Assembly: GCF_018350175.1 (NCBI RefSeq)
Contig: NC_058368.1
Coordinates: forward strand, 144,090,001-144,154,000
From: Felis catus
Lineage: Eukaryota
Direction: 5' to 3'
Length of the DNA: 64,000 nucleotides
In this document: in pieces, positions 1 to 11,999 of the stretch
Layout: each line of letters begins with the position of its first letter
How positions within the stretch are numbered: the stretch's first letter is position 1
Program-made: the position numbers and the translations under genes
Notes under the pieces: generated by a model
Databases searched by the model: none
Seen by the model: only the letters and a program-made list of their open reading frames with translations
Told to the model about the DNA's origin: nothing

Positions 1-369
1 TCATAAGTTTCTATGTATCTGCTATCCTTTCCTCAATGTATCATATACCCTTAACTCGTGAAACCTTTCCTTTGTGCCAAAAAAAGCAATTAGATACATA
101 TTTGGTATAAAAATTCCCATTCAAAAGTAGAGAAAATAGTATGATGATGCTCCAGGTACTGGTCCTATAACTCAGATTCAACAATTTTCAAGATTTTCCA
201 CTTTTGCTTCATCTATCCCTTTATTTCCTTGTGGGAGTGTCTTCAACCAAATCTCAGACATCATCATTTCATGCTAAATACTTCAATATGCAGCTCTAAA
301 AAATGGACAGTGAACAGTAATTTTAATTGAGTCAGTAATTATAAAATATATGAAAATATTGACCTAATA

Positions 370-1295
370 CCGTGACCAATAGGTGATAAAAACTTTTGAA
401 CTGCAACTGATACCATCAAGAAAGTGAAAAAAGCACCTACAAAATGGGAGAAAATATTTGCAAATCATATATGTTAAGGGGCTTGTAGTCAGACTTTATA
501 AGAAATTTTTATAATTCAACAAAAAACCCCACAAACAACCCTATTAAAAATAAGCAAATGATTTGAATAAACCTTTCTCCAAAGAAAATATATAGTCAAT
601 AAGCACTTGAAAATATGGTCAACATTATTAATCACTAGGGAAATGCAAGTCAAGACTAAAATGAGACAATACTTCATTTTCCACTTGGATGGCTGCCATT
701 AAAAAAAATCAACAGATAGCAAATATTGTTGAGAATGTAGATAAATTGGAACCCTCATACATTGCTGGAGGGAATGTAAAATGGAGTAGCTGCTTTGAAA
801 AACTGGCAGTTCCTCAAAAAGTTAAACATAGAGTTACCGTATAAACCAGTAATTCTACTCCAAGAGAAATACCTTCCACATACTTCCACACAGAATCTAT
901 CCATGAATGCTTACAGCAGCTTAGTCATTAGTAGCCAGAAAGCAGAAACAACACAAATGTCCATTAACTGATGAATGGACAAGTGTGAAATATACAAACA
1001 GTGCAATTTTTCTAGGTCATGAAGAATAAAGTACTGATGCATGCTCCAATGTGGACGAAGCTTGCAAACATATGCTAAATGAAAGAAGCCAGTCCCAAAG
1101 ACCATTACCTTGTAGGATTCCATTTATATGAAGTGGCCAGCATAGGCAAATCCATAGTAACAACAATAAGATTTATGGTTGCAAAGGGTTGGGGAGGAAA
1201 TGGAAAGCAGCTGCTTTGGGGTGATCAAAATGTTGATTGTGGTGTAGTTGCAAAATTCTATGAGTACGCTGACTTGAACACTTTAAATGTATAAC
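370..1295 (+). mobile_element. Old LINE-1 3' fragment (ORF2 end and 3'UTR, L1M-type)
   Basis: Typical L1 3' motifs: 'gggagaaaatatttgcaaatcatat', 'gggaaatgcaagtcaagac', 'aacatagagttacc', 'aatgtccattaactgatgaatggac'. Degenerate; boundaries approximate. Confidence 0.8.
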
Positions 1296-2019
1296 TTTTT
1301 TTTTTTTATCATTAGGGAAATGCAAACCAAATACGAGTCAACCAATTATATATCTCAAAGATCTTTTTTTTTTAAAGACCACTGAAATCATTGAAATTTA
1401 CGGTTTTCTGAAACTCTCGAAATCTTTTTGATTCAGCTAGAGAACATCCAGAGAATACTGAAAGCCTGACTGAAGACAAATTGAAATAATTACAACCCAA
1501 GTGTGAAAAGACTAAAAAGATACAAAAATCTGCAGTGCTGCCATTCGTGTTATGCGTAGGTGATGTGTTGTTATCTTAATTTGACAACTGACTGAGTTGT
1601 ATTAGGGTCACGGGACCCGAAAATGGCAGTGCTATGCTGCTAACTCAGATCAGTCTGACTCTGCCTGAGGTCTTTTTCTAGCTTCAGCGTCGCTGGCGCA
1701 AAGTAGGGAGTTGAGGGCAAAGAAGGCAGTGGGTAAGAGAATACAGTTGTTAGTGTTTCCTGAGTGAACACTAGTACAGAAGAAGAGGGAGACAAAACTT
1801 GCAAGTTCTCACTTCTAAAATCCTTGTGAAGCAACGCTCATTTTTATGGAGAAATGATTCCATGTCATTTTAGGATGGCACTAAAATAAAAAAATATATA
1901 TTTCCAACTTTGAAAAATCGTACCCCATGCAAGTGACTTCTTTCAATCTCGGCGTTTCATCCTCTGCCTTCCTGACGTAAAATTCTTCAGAAGAACAACC
2001 CGTTTTCCCACTACCTTTC

Positions 2020-2420
2020 AAAAGAGCAATTCGCGCGACACTTGGACCGCGGACACCGGAGCGGAGACTGCGCGCTCGCGCAACTCGAGCCTCAGTCTCT
2101 GCGCGTGCGCACCGCTTCCCGGTCTCCTTCCGCCTCCGACTGGGGAACCTCGGCTCCGGCGCTCTGTGGGCCGTAGGTGGCGGCTCTGTTGTTTACAGTG
2201 TGTTGTTTGTTGAGTCGCGTTTCCACGCCACCTGTGACGGTCAGCGGCGGTTGCCCACGGCTCAGCGCCTCCGCGGACTGCGGCCGGTCGTTGCCATGAC
2301 AGCGACCGCTGGGGGCCCTGGTAAGCGCGGATCCGGCCTTTGTGGGTCCCTGAAGGGCTTCCCTCGATTGGCTCGCCGTCCTGCACTTGCGCGTGGCGCC
2401 TAAGGTTGGAGCGTTTTGAG
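2020..2420 (+). promoter_or_regulatory. FAM151B: CpG island / promoter and first exon region of FAM151B
   Basis: GC- and CpG-rich block in an otherwise AT-rich window. It contains an NRF1-like TGCGCGTGCGCA (2100-2111), a FOX-like TGTTTAC (2190-2196), an X-box-like GTTGCCATGACAGC (2290-2303) and the start codon. Confidence 0.85.
2296..2320 (+). CDS. FAM151B: FAM151B coding exon 1 (MTATAGGP-G)
   Basis: gccATGa at 2296; donor G|GTAAGC at 2321; 25 nt. Resembles the human N-terminus MAASAGGPG as I recall it. Confidence 0.9.
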
Positions 2421-2639
2421 AGACTCCTTTGATAGCACCACTCCCTTTTCCTGATGGAGGTCCACTTCCTAAGTGCGCCCACAACGGACTGGCCTAGAAC
2501 TTTGGTTCCTCCTGTGGGCCTTGAAAGAAAAGCCGATGGGATGGCCAAGAATAGCAAGAATATTGCACCCTTTCTAAAAAGGAATGCTTAGGGCAATTTT
2601 GGGTTCATAGGAAAATTGAGCTGGAAGACACAAAGGGTC

Positions 2640-4725
2640 TCCACATAGTCCCTATTGGGACACTGCAGAGCCTCCCCATTATCAGCACTTTGTGTTCTTG
2701 TGAACCAACATTGACACATCATAATCACCTAAAGTCCATAGTTTACCTTTGGGTTCACTGTTAGTGGTGTACATTCTTGGGGCTTAGACAAATGTATAAT
2801 GCTTTGTATCCTTCATTGTGGTATCATACAAAATAGTTCCATTGCCCCCCAGATCCTCTGAGCCCACTTATTCACACCCACCTCCAACAACCACTGATCT
2901 TATTACCTCCATAGTTTTGTCTTTTCCAGAATGTCGTGTAGTTGGAATCATACAGTATGTAGCCGTTGAAATCATAAAGTATGTCATCAATGAAGGATTG
3001 ACTTCTTTCACTTAAGAGTATGCATTTAAAGTTCTTCATGGCTTAAGAGCTCATTTCTTTTTAGCACTGAATAATATTCCTTGTCAGTTGTCTGGATGTA
3101 TCAGAGTTTACACACTTGGTAAAAGACATCTTGGTTGCTTGCAATTTTTGGCAGTTAGGTATAAAGCCGCTGTAAACATCCATGTGAAGGTTTTTGCATG
3201 GACTTAAGTTTTCAGCCCCTTTGGGTAGAAATCAAGGAGCACGATTTCTGGATTGTAATGGTAAGAGTATGTTTAGTTTTGTAAGAAACTGCCTAACTAT
3301 CTTTTAAAGTGGTTGTACCATTTTGCAGTCCCATCAACAGTGAATGGGAATTCCTATTGCTCCACATTCTCACCAGTATTTGGTGTTGTCAGTGTTCCAG
3401 ATTTTGGCTATTCTAATAGGTGTGTAGTTGTACCTTATTGTTGTTTTGTGTTTCTCTCTCTTTTTTTTTTTTTAATGTTTATTTATTTTGGGAAACAGAG
3501 AGCATGAGTGGGGGAGGGCAGAGAGAGAGAGAGGGAGAGAATGCCAAGCAGGTTCCCGGATGTCAAGTGCCAAGCCCAACGTGGGGCTTGATCTCAGGAA
3601 CCATGAGATCATGACCTGAGCCAAAATCAAGAGTCAGGCACTTAACCAACTGAGCCATCCAGGTGCCCCGGAAGTTTTTTCATCTTAATAAAACCCAGCT
3701 TACTCATTATTTGTTTCATGGATGGTGCCTTTGGTGCTGTATGTAGAAAGTCATCACCATACCTAAGGTCATCTAGGATTTCTTATATATTATCTTCTAG
3801 GAGTTTTATAGCTTTGTAAATACAAAAATACAAAATCAAATAATTTTTGTGAAGGATGCAAGGTCTGTTTCCAGATTCATGGTTTTCCATGTGGATTTGT
3901 CAGTTGTTCCAGCATCATTGTTGAAAAAATTATTTTTACTCCGTTGTATTGCCTTTGTTTCTTTGTCAAAGATCAGTTGACTCTATTTGTGGGTGTTTAC
4001 TTTAGGGTTATCTGTTCTATTCTATTGATCTGTTTGTCTGTTTTTCACCTGTACCACCCTGTCTTGATTACTGTAGCTTTATAGTAAGTCTTGTTGGGTG
4101 GTGTCATCTCTTTGTTCTTCTCTTTTAGGATTGTGTTGGCTATTTTCGTTTTTATGCCCTCCATATAAACTTTAGTTTGTCCTTATCAAACTCAGTTTGT
4201 CCTTATCTATAAAATAACTTTGTGGGATTTTGATTGGGATTGCTTGAATCTGTAGGTCAAGTTGGAAGAACTGACATCTTGACAATACTGAGGCTTTCTA
4301 TCCACGAGCATGGAATATCTCTAATTAGTTCTTTGACTTCATTTATCAGAGTGTTGTGGTTTTCCTTTTATACCTCTTGCACATATTTTGTTAGATTTAT
4401 ACCTAAGTATTTTGGGTGCTAATGTAAATGGTGGTGTTGTGTTTTTCATTTCAAAATCCACTTTTTGTTTTTTTGCTGGTAAGTAGGAAAGCAATTGACT
4501 TTTATATATTAACCTTGTATCTTTCAGCCTTGCAATAATCACCTGTTAATTCTGGGAGTTTTTGTGTTGATTCTTTCAGTTTTTTGCATATACAGTCATG
4601 TTAATCTGTAAACAAACACTGTTTTGTTTTTTCTTCCCCAATCTGTATAGTTTTATTTCTTTTTGTTATCTTAGTGTATTAGCTAGTACTTCCAGTATGA
4701 TGTTGAAAAGTAGTGGTGAGGGGGT
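2640..4725 (-). mobile_element. Old LINE-1 3' portion, interrupted by a CanSINE at ~3460-3668
   Basis: Antisense L1 motifs ('ttgattactgtagctttatagtaagtctt', 'ttagatttatacctaagtattt', 'tagctagtacttccagtatgatgttgaa'). The minus-strand ORF 4339-4542 resembles L1 ORF2. Confidence 0.85.
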
Positions 4726-5171
4726 AGGAATACTGCTTCTTGAGGTCGTGGTTGAAAGTGACATTTACCTGATCCATAATTTCAGTAGATCAAATGCAGA
4801 GTAGTTTTGGTCAGTCTGATTCCTCTTGGAATTGGGTGAGAATGAGAAATGCAGACAAATGGGTGTGGTCAAGCATAATTCTAGCTTTTTGTATCCAACC
4901 TTTGGAAGCTGGTAATTTGTGTGTCCCTGTTGTTTGACCCCAGAGTTAGAGGTGTTTTAAACCAGGCAGTTCTACTCCACACGTTTACGGTATCTTTTAC
5001 GTAAACATAATTAGTCACATTAGACATCTTTGGTGACATATTTTTTTCAATGTTAGTTTTTTCCTTATTGTAAACATAATTCATGCTCATTATAGAAAAT
5101 TTATAAAATATATTGAAGCAGGGGAAAAAATCCACACAATGCCAATAGAAACTTTTTGGTATACTTTCTAA

Positions 5172-5400
5172 TGTGAATAATAAAATGGAGCCACTGTGTC
5201 AAGAAGTTTTAAAATGGAGCCAGAAGGCCATTAAGGGGGTAGGCCTTAGGTACATTCTTATCAGGTAGACCCGTGAACTTTTGAACTAGGCCAAACTTCA
5301 AATATTCCAAGGACTCTGCATAAACACTTGCAACTTACTACAGTAATGGATTTTTTCTTAGTGATAGCCTTAGCAAGCAATTATGTTTAGCTAAGATTAG

Positions 5401-5439
<39 letters not shown>

Positions 5440-5631
5440 GCCACCAACACTGATTACATTTTTTGGTAAACAACACATAGAAGCATTCCCTTTTGTCTTT
5501 AAAAACTCCTGACTTTGGTTCCTAGTGGGACACAATTTGGGTTGCTATCCAAACCTGTGCTCCCCAAATTGCAATTCTCAGATTGCAAATAAATGCTTTT
5601 ATTTCAGTTCTGCCTCTTCTCTTGGTTGACA
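5172..5631 (+). mobile_element. Solo ERV LTR (probably class I) with an internal (GTT)n microsatellite
   Basis: Begins TG, ends CA, 460 bp, AATAAA near the 3' end, flanked by a 4-bp direct repeat CTAA (5168-5171 / 5632-5635). (GTT)n at ~5400-5437. Confidence 0.7.
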
Positions 5632-5749
5632 CTAACAATCCTGACTTTTAAGAACACAGTATACATGTCGCCATATGCTGTATGTCTCTTTTTTTGGCTT
5701 TCTTCCACTTTTTAAAAATATACAAAGTAGTTTTTTTAGAGCATTAAAT

Positions 5750-6219
5750 TTTAGTGAGTAGAACAACAAACATTTATTATCTTATAGTTCTGTAGGTCAG
5801 AAGTCTGAAATGGTCTCAGTGATCTAAAATCAAAGTGGCAGTATGGCTGTATTCCTTCTGGGGCCTCTAGGAGAGAATCAGTGTTCTTGCCTTGCCATCC
5901 TCTACAGACTGCTTGAGTTCCTTGGCTCATGGTTTCTTCCTCCATTTTCAGAGCCAGCAATGGCTGGTCCAGTCTTTGTCACATTGCATCACTCTCACAC
6001 TGACTCTCTTGCCTCCCTCTTTGACTTATAAAGATCTTGTGATTCACTGGACCCACCTGGATAATCCAAGCTCATCTCCACACCTTAAAGTCAGCTGATT
6101 AGCAAACTTAATTCCATTTGTCATCTTAATTCCCTCTTGCTGTGTTATATAACCACACTACACAGGGATTAGGATGGGGACATCTTTGCAGGAGGGTGGT
6201 CATTATTCTTCCTACCACA
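5750..6219 (-). mobile_element. MLT1-type MaLR LTR
   Basis: Characteristic MLT1 text 'aacaacaaacatttattatcttatagttctgtaggtcagaagtc ... gataatcca ... cattattcttcctaccaca'. Confidence 0.75.
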
Positions 6220-7489
6220 GTACCCATACATATTGTTCTCCACTGGGCTTTTTTTTCCCACTTAACATATCTTTGGGATTATATCAGTACATCTAGATTT
6301 GCCTCATTCTTTTTAATGGCTGTATAATTTTCCAATTGCATGGATATATCACATTTATTTAATGAATCCACTGTTGATGGGTATTTAGATTATTTTCACT
6401 TTTGCTATTACAAACAATGTTATATCAAATATCCTTGTACCAAATGTGTCACTTACCACATATAGGCATATTTATCTATGGCATAAGTTTATGAAAGTGG
6501 AATTTCTGGGTAAACGTATTTTTCTTTTTTTTTAATTTTTCTTTTTTAAAAGTCTTTATTGAGATATAATTTCCAAACAATACGTTTCATTTACTTAAAG
6601 CATAGAATTCAGTGGTTTTTAATATATCAGAGTTGTGTAACCATCACCACAATCAATTTGTGGTGAGCTGAAATCAAGAGCCGGACGGACGCTTAATGGA
6701 GCCACCCAGGCACCCCTAATTCAAATATTTTTAAAATTGCTACATATTTTCTTCTGAGTCTAAAGAGTGTGTGACTGTTGCATATACTAAATAGAACCAC
6801 ATGTTTGGGGCCATAGTGGATGCTATAGCTAACTCTCACCTTTATTCTATAGCCTGATATACAGAGTCGTTGCTAAGTTCCATGCATGTTAGTTAGAACT
6901 TCTCTTTATATGTTCCTCCATTCTCTAATCAAAATTTACTTTTTCTCAATGTCTTATTGGAAGTTTCTGCTGGGTATTTTCAGGTTTTTAACTATTGTTA
7001 GGCAGAGTTAAGAAACAAATAATTAACAGAAGATATAATCTCATGCAGAAGGAATTTGCAGGCAATTGATAGGCACTAAAATGTTTAAATTAATATACAA
7101 GAATTGTGTGGGTAACTATTTTTCTCATTGTTATATTGGGATATTACACAGTATGGAGTAGATATGGATTCAAGTATTACAGTCTTGGTTAACTCACATA
7201 TTTTAATGCTTAATAGAAAATCTGGATATCCAAAAAGTAGTTGATGGATATGGGAATTATGTATATTTGTACATGGTAAACAAATCTATAAATAATAGCT
7301 CAGGAATTTAGTCACTGATATAAATTTTGTCCACATTCATAATCCCAAGGTGTATATGCTTAGATGTATAGCTTAATATTCTAAATTGTTAATATAAATA
7401 TAGAATGGGGCCTCTGGTGGAGAAAACAATTAAGCTGTACACAGTTTAAAAGGTTTTAATACAGCTTTTTTAAAAGTTTATATAATTAT

Positions 7490-7521
<32 letters not shown>

Positions 7522-7524
<3 letters not shown>

Positions 7525-7566
7525 ACCCAAATGCCCATTGATGGATGAATGGATAAAGAAGATGTG

Positions 7567-7615
<49 letters not shown>

Positions 7616-7996
7616 GGAGTATTACTCAGCAAGCAAAAAGAATGAGATCTTGCCATTTGCAACTACATGGATGGAACTAAAGGGTATTATGCTAAGTGAA
7701 ATTAGTCAGTTGGAGAAAGACAAATATCATATGACTTCATTCATATGAGGACTTTAAGATACAGAACAGATGAACATAAGGGAAGGGAAGCAAAAATATA
7801 AAAACAGGGAGGGAGACAAAATGTAAGAGACTCTTAAATATAGAGAACAAACAGGTTTGCTGGAGGGTTTGTGAGAGGGGGAATGGGCTAAATGGGTAAG
7901 GGGCATTAAGGAATCTACTCCTGAAATCATTGTTGTGCCGTATGCTAACTAACTTGGCTGTAAATTAAAAAAAATAATAAATTATTAATAAAAAAA
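7522..7996 (+). mobile_element. 5'-truncated carnivore L1 3' end, with internal (TA)n(CA)n, fused on its left to an antisense SINE tail
   Basis: 'cccattgatggatgaatggataaagaagatgtg ... ggaatctactcctgaaatcattg' followed by an A-rich tail. Same subfamily text as 40699-41160. Confidence 0.85.
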
Positions 7997-8075
7997 CCCA
8001 ATACACAAGATCCTAAAAGAAATGTTTAATTCATAAAAAAAATCCTTTTTTTTTTAAATATAAATGTCATTTTAG

Positions 8076-8201
8076 GATCTTGGAGTGAAAATATACTAGA
8101 ATATTTTCTGAGAAATAACCACATCACAACAGAAGATGGCGCTGAGATCATCTGGTATCATGCTGCTAACCACAAGGCACAGGTGAATGAGGCACTGAAA
8201 A
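8076..8201 (+). CDS. FAM151B: FAM151B coding exon 2 (SWSENILEYFLRNNHITTEDGAEIIWYHAANHKAQVNEALK)
   Basis: Acceptor ttttag|GA, donor A|GTAAGT; 126 nt, phase 1-1; contains the WYHAAN motif. Confidence 0.95.
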
Positions 8202-8679
8202 GTAAGTCAATACAGTTTCTTGTATTCACATTGCATAATAGATTAATTCCACTCTTTTTTTTGGTATCTGGGCATATTTTCAGGTTTCAAAGACTTAGAA
8301 GATCAAAGTGTAAATTCTAGGCCGACATAAACATTTTTATAAAATATCTCATTTTGTTTACAAAATGAACAAATTTCCATAATGGAAGGATTTTCTTATT
8401 TTCCAGAAGTGGACTTGCCTTTTCTGTGTCTGTTTGAAACTTTCAATGTATTTACATTTCCCTATATACTGTAGTGATTGGAGTAAAATTTTTGAGGTCA
8501 CTGTTGTATGTCTTACATATTTTTGTGTCTTTCATAGTGTATTAAGGAAAGGGTCAATAAATATTTGTTGAATGGATGGATGAAGCCTTTGTATACTAAT
8601 TTATAATTAATTTCCTTGGTCAGTATTTATGCTTAGGCTAGAAACTAAGACTTTGGTTTACTAACTCAATCTATAATCA

Positions 8680-8830
8680 TCTGTATCTATATATCTATAT
8701 CTATAACTATAGATATCTGTATCTATCACTAGTCTATATCTATATATTGTCTATCTAGTCTATATCTAATACCTAGACCTAGACCTACACCTACACCTAC
8801 ATCTTCATATCCATCTATATCTATATCTTC
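8680..8830. repeat. Degenerate simple repeat (TATC / TCTATA / CCTAGA / CCTACA units)
   Basis: Visible tandem 4-6-mers. Confidence 0.8.
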
Positions 8831-10687
8831 CTTCTTTATAGATGAACATGATAGCAGTTTTTTCAGCCTTTTCCTAAGAAGTACTCCTCTTGGCTGCAGC
8901 AGCACAGGAGACTGAAAGCATATAACCAGAGAGGTCTGGGGCATAACTCGAAGTGACCCAGTACAACAAGGAAAATTCCTCAGTCCCAAGTTTTGCTATA
9001 AAAATCTATGCATCCTTTGCATCCTACTCAATTGTGTATCTGGATAATGTGTCTGAATATATATTTATTTTATTGTAAAGATACTGTTTTAAATTGTTAT
9101 TCTTTGTTCCTCAAAGGGAGGAGCTTTGGTTTAATATTGAATCCTTGATACCTAAAACAATACCTAACACATAATAACCACACAGTGATTCTTTAATAAG
9201 TGAATTTTAGCAAAAGCAATGCTTCAGGAAAAAAGCTGATTAGTGGTTTCCAGGAACTGGCCAGAGCAGAAAATAGGGAGTGAATGCTAATGGATACAGG
9301 GTTTCTTTATGGGATAATGAAATTTTTCTGGAATTAGATAGTGGTAGTGGTTGTACAGCATTCTGAATATTCTAAAAATCACTGAATGGTAAGCTTTAAA
9401 GGGTGAATTTTATGGTATGTGAATTATATATCAATTTTTTTAAATGGAAAAAAAAAAGGTGAAACTTCTGTTTACAGACAATTGGTTGTATATGTAGAAA
9501 ATCAAAGTTTCTTCAGATAAATGATTGTAAGTCATGAGTAAATTTAGAAAGTCTCAGGATACAAAGTCAAAACAAAATAAATTTTAGTTCTATGTAATAA
9601 CTAAAAATTTAGAAAAATCTTTAAAATTTTCAATTCATAACAGTCTATGTGGAAATCTTTTACTAGAAATAATCTAATTAAATATGGATACTTTACTTTT
9701 AAGTGTGTTTTAAAAATGCTGATGGAAAGTCATTTCCAATTGCTGGCAGTCTGATGTTGACCTGGGAAGTTTTCATAGGCTACTTAGTGTTCAGATAATG
9801 TCCTTTTTTACATTCAGTTTGGTAAAACCAGAGAGCTAAGTTTTATAGTTTGGGCATGCTCTTCACAAATGCCTTTTTTAAGCCATGGCTAGTTTCGTAA
9901 ATTCTTGTTAGTCCAAAGGAGAGGAGACAGACAGCCTCCTGCAGACATGCATGCTGTCTTTAACTGGTTTTCTCATTTCTTCCAGAATATTTAAATGTAG
10001 TATAACTATTATTAATAGAGCTGTTTAACTTTGATTAACCTGTAAAACTGGGTTTTTAACAATATCTATGACTTAAAAAAAACAAAGTACAGGAGGAGAA
10101 ATGTAAAAGTACCACCTGGTATTACTCTGTCAAAACATCCAGATCACAGACTAATGATCACAGGCTAATGTTGTAACATTTCAGCATGTAGATTTTAAAC
10201 ACATTCATTTTAAAAGATATGTTTGAAAAAAATGGAAAACATTTAAGTCTTTTTGAGAAAAAAAATGTGTTTTTTTTAAGCCTTGAAAAAAGCCTTTGTA
10301 ACACCTTTAGGAAAAGTTTGACTATAATAAATATCTGTAGTTTCTAATTTGAGGAATGAGAAGATAAAAATATTATTTTTATTCTCAGAAACGTCAGCAA
10401 ACACTTATTAATCTTTGTTTGTATGCTCATTTTGCTATGTCCTGGGAAGAAATTAAATACTGTAACAACAGTGTAAGAGCTCTATGACATAGGGAAAGGC
10501 ATTTAATTCTTCACCACCTGTTTGCTCATCTGTGAAATAAACATGTAAAGGCCTAGCACTTAGTACCTGGCACTTAGTAGTTACCCAGTAAATGTTAGTT
10601 TTTATTCTCCTCAACAGGCTCCTGAACATGACATCTTCTGCAGTCCTTATTTTATCAGCATTAACTTAAGTTCTTTAATTTGGACAG

Positions 10688-10853
10688 GTCCTGCTCACAT
10701 GATAGAGGCTGATGTCCTTCTTCCAAGTGATGGATCAGAATATAGCCAACCAATCATGGCCCATCCTCCTGAAACAAATAGTGATAATACTTTACAGGAA
10801 TGGCTGACTGAAGTTATAAAAAGCAATAAAGGCATCAAACTGGATTTTGAGAG
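10688..10853 (+). CDS. FAM151B: FAM151B coding exon 3 (PAHMIEADVLLPSDG...GIKLDFE)
   Basis: Acceptor gacag|GT, donor AG|GTATTT; 166 nt, phase 1-2; ExD and AHPP motifs of the menorin/DUF2181 (PLC-like phosphodiesterase-fold) family. Confidence 0.95.
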
Positions 10854-11999
10854 GTATTTGTATAAACATTTTCAGTTTTTTAGTTGTTATAAAATAACAA
10901 TGGAAAAAAAGGATTAATAGCATCACATATCTGTGCTTGACTAACTAACTTTAAATTGAAAATAGAATTGTAAACTAATATGTTTCAAGAATGGACCTAA
11001 GACCCATTGAGTTGTTTGCTAAGATTGTTTCTTGGGAACTCTTTGAAGATAAAATTAATTTTTACAAAGGAATTTATCATAAATTACCATTGTGATAATA
11101 GAATGGTAAATTTAAAATGCTACTTTCATTAAAAAGTGGTCTGAGACAGAGTTGGCAGTAGTTTGAGTAGTTAGTGCATATCCTACTTGATTTATATTAT
11201 ATTTGTATATGGGGAATTATCTAGAAGTCTTCAATAACCCAAGAGTTCTTTAAAAATAATATTTGAAAGTATTGATAATGAAGGGCAAGATTAAGTGTCA
11301 TTTCCTTTCCTGTGGCTATCATGGGAAATTTTACTTTTATGCCATTTTGGCTATATAAAAATTATAAGTAAAGCCAGGAATGTATTGTGATACCACAAAA
11401 GCTCACCATAAACCCCATGAAGGCGACTGCTAATGAAAATCTAGGGTTTGTGGTAAATATACCTTATCTCTGAACAATATTTTTAAATGGAATTTTCTTA
11501 GGAAATTAATGATTTGGAAATCTTACTAATAGAATTATCAATATGACTCTAATCATTTGTTGTAGGGCTAAATGTACCAGTAAACTTCATTATACTGTTG
11601 GTGAATGAAAGAGCTATATTAAGATCTTAAAGTTTTTAGAGTGGTGAATGGCCCAAACTCTATTTTATTGACAAAGAAACTTAGTCCCAGAGAAGTTAAA
11701 TGATTGACCCAGGGCCAATAGCTAAACTTGACAGCTGAGCTAGGATGAGATCCAAGGTATAGTGTTCTCTGTACCATGAAATAAAGCATTTGATCTTTAA
11801 TGTTTGGTGATTCAGAGTTTTAGCACTCTTTGCCATTTCATGTGTATGTTTACTATTGCCCACTGAATTGTTCTCTCTAATATATTCCTTGGTTCTTCAC
11901 CAGTCAGATCAACTGATTCATTCCTAGCAGCTATCCAAAAGGGCTGAGGCACTAAAAAAAAGATTTTTCAAATTTTTTGGTCATAACGTATTTGAAGGG

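Noticed and set aside
2018..2557. 179-aa and 130-aa minus-strand ORFs over the promoter
   Set aside because: Long open frames are expected in GC-rich CpG islands. No recognisable domain, and they run antisense to FAM151B exon 1.
4169..4208. Short tandem duplications (here, and at ~10142-10169, ~18240-18293, ~33882-33905, ~48350-48380)
   Set aside because: Ordinary 11-21 nt slippage duplications in repeats or introns; no unique spacers, so not CRISPR-like.
5338..5535. ORF with a polyglutamine run
   Set aside because: Translation of the (GTT)n microsatellite inside an LTR.
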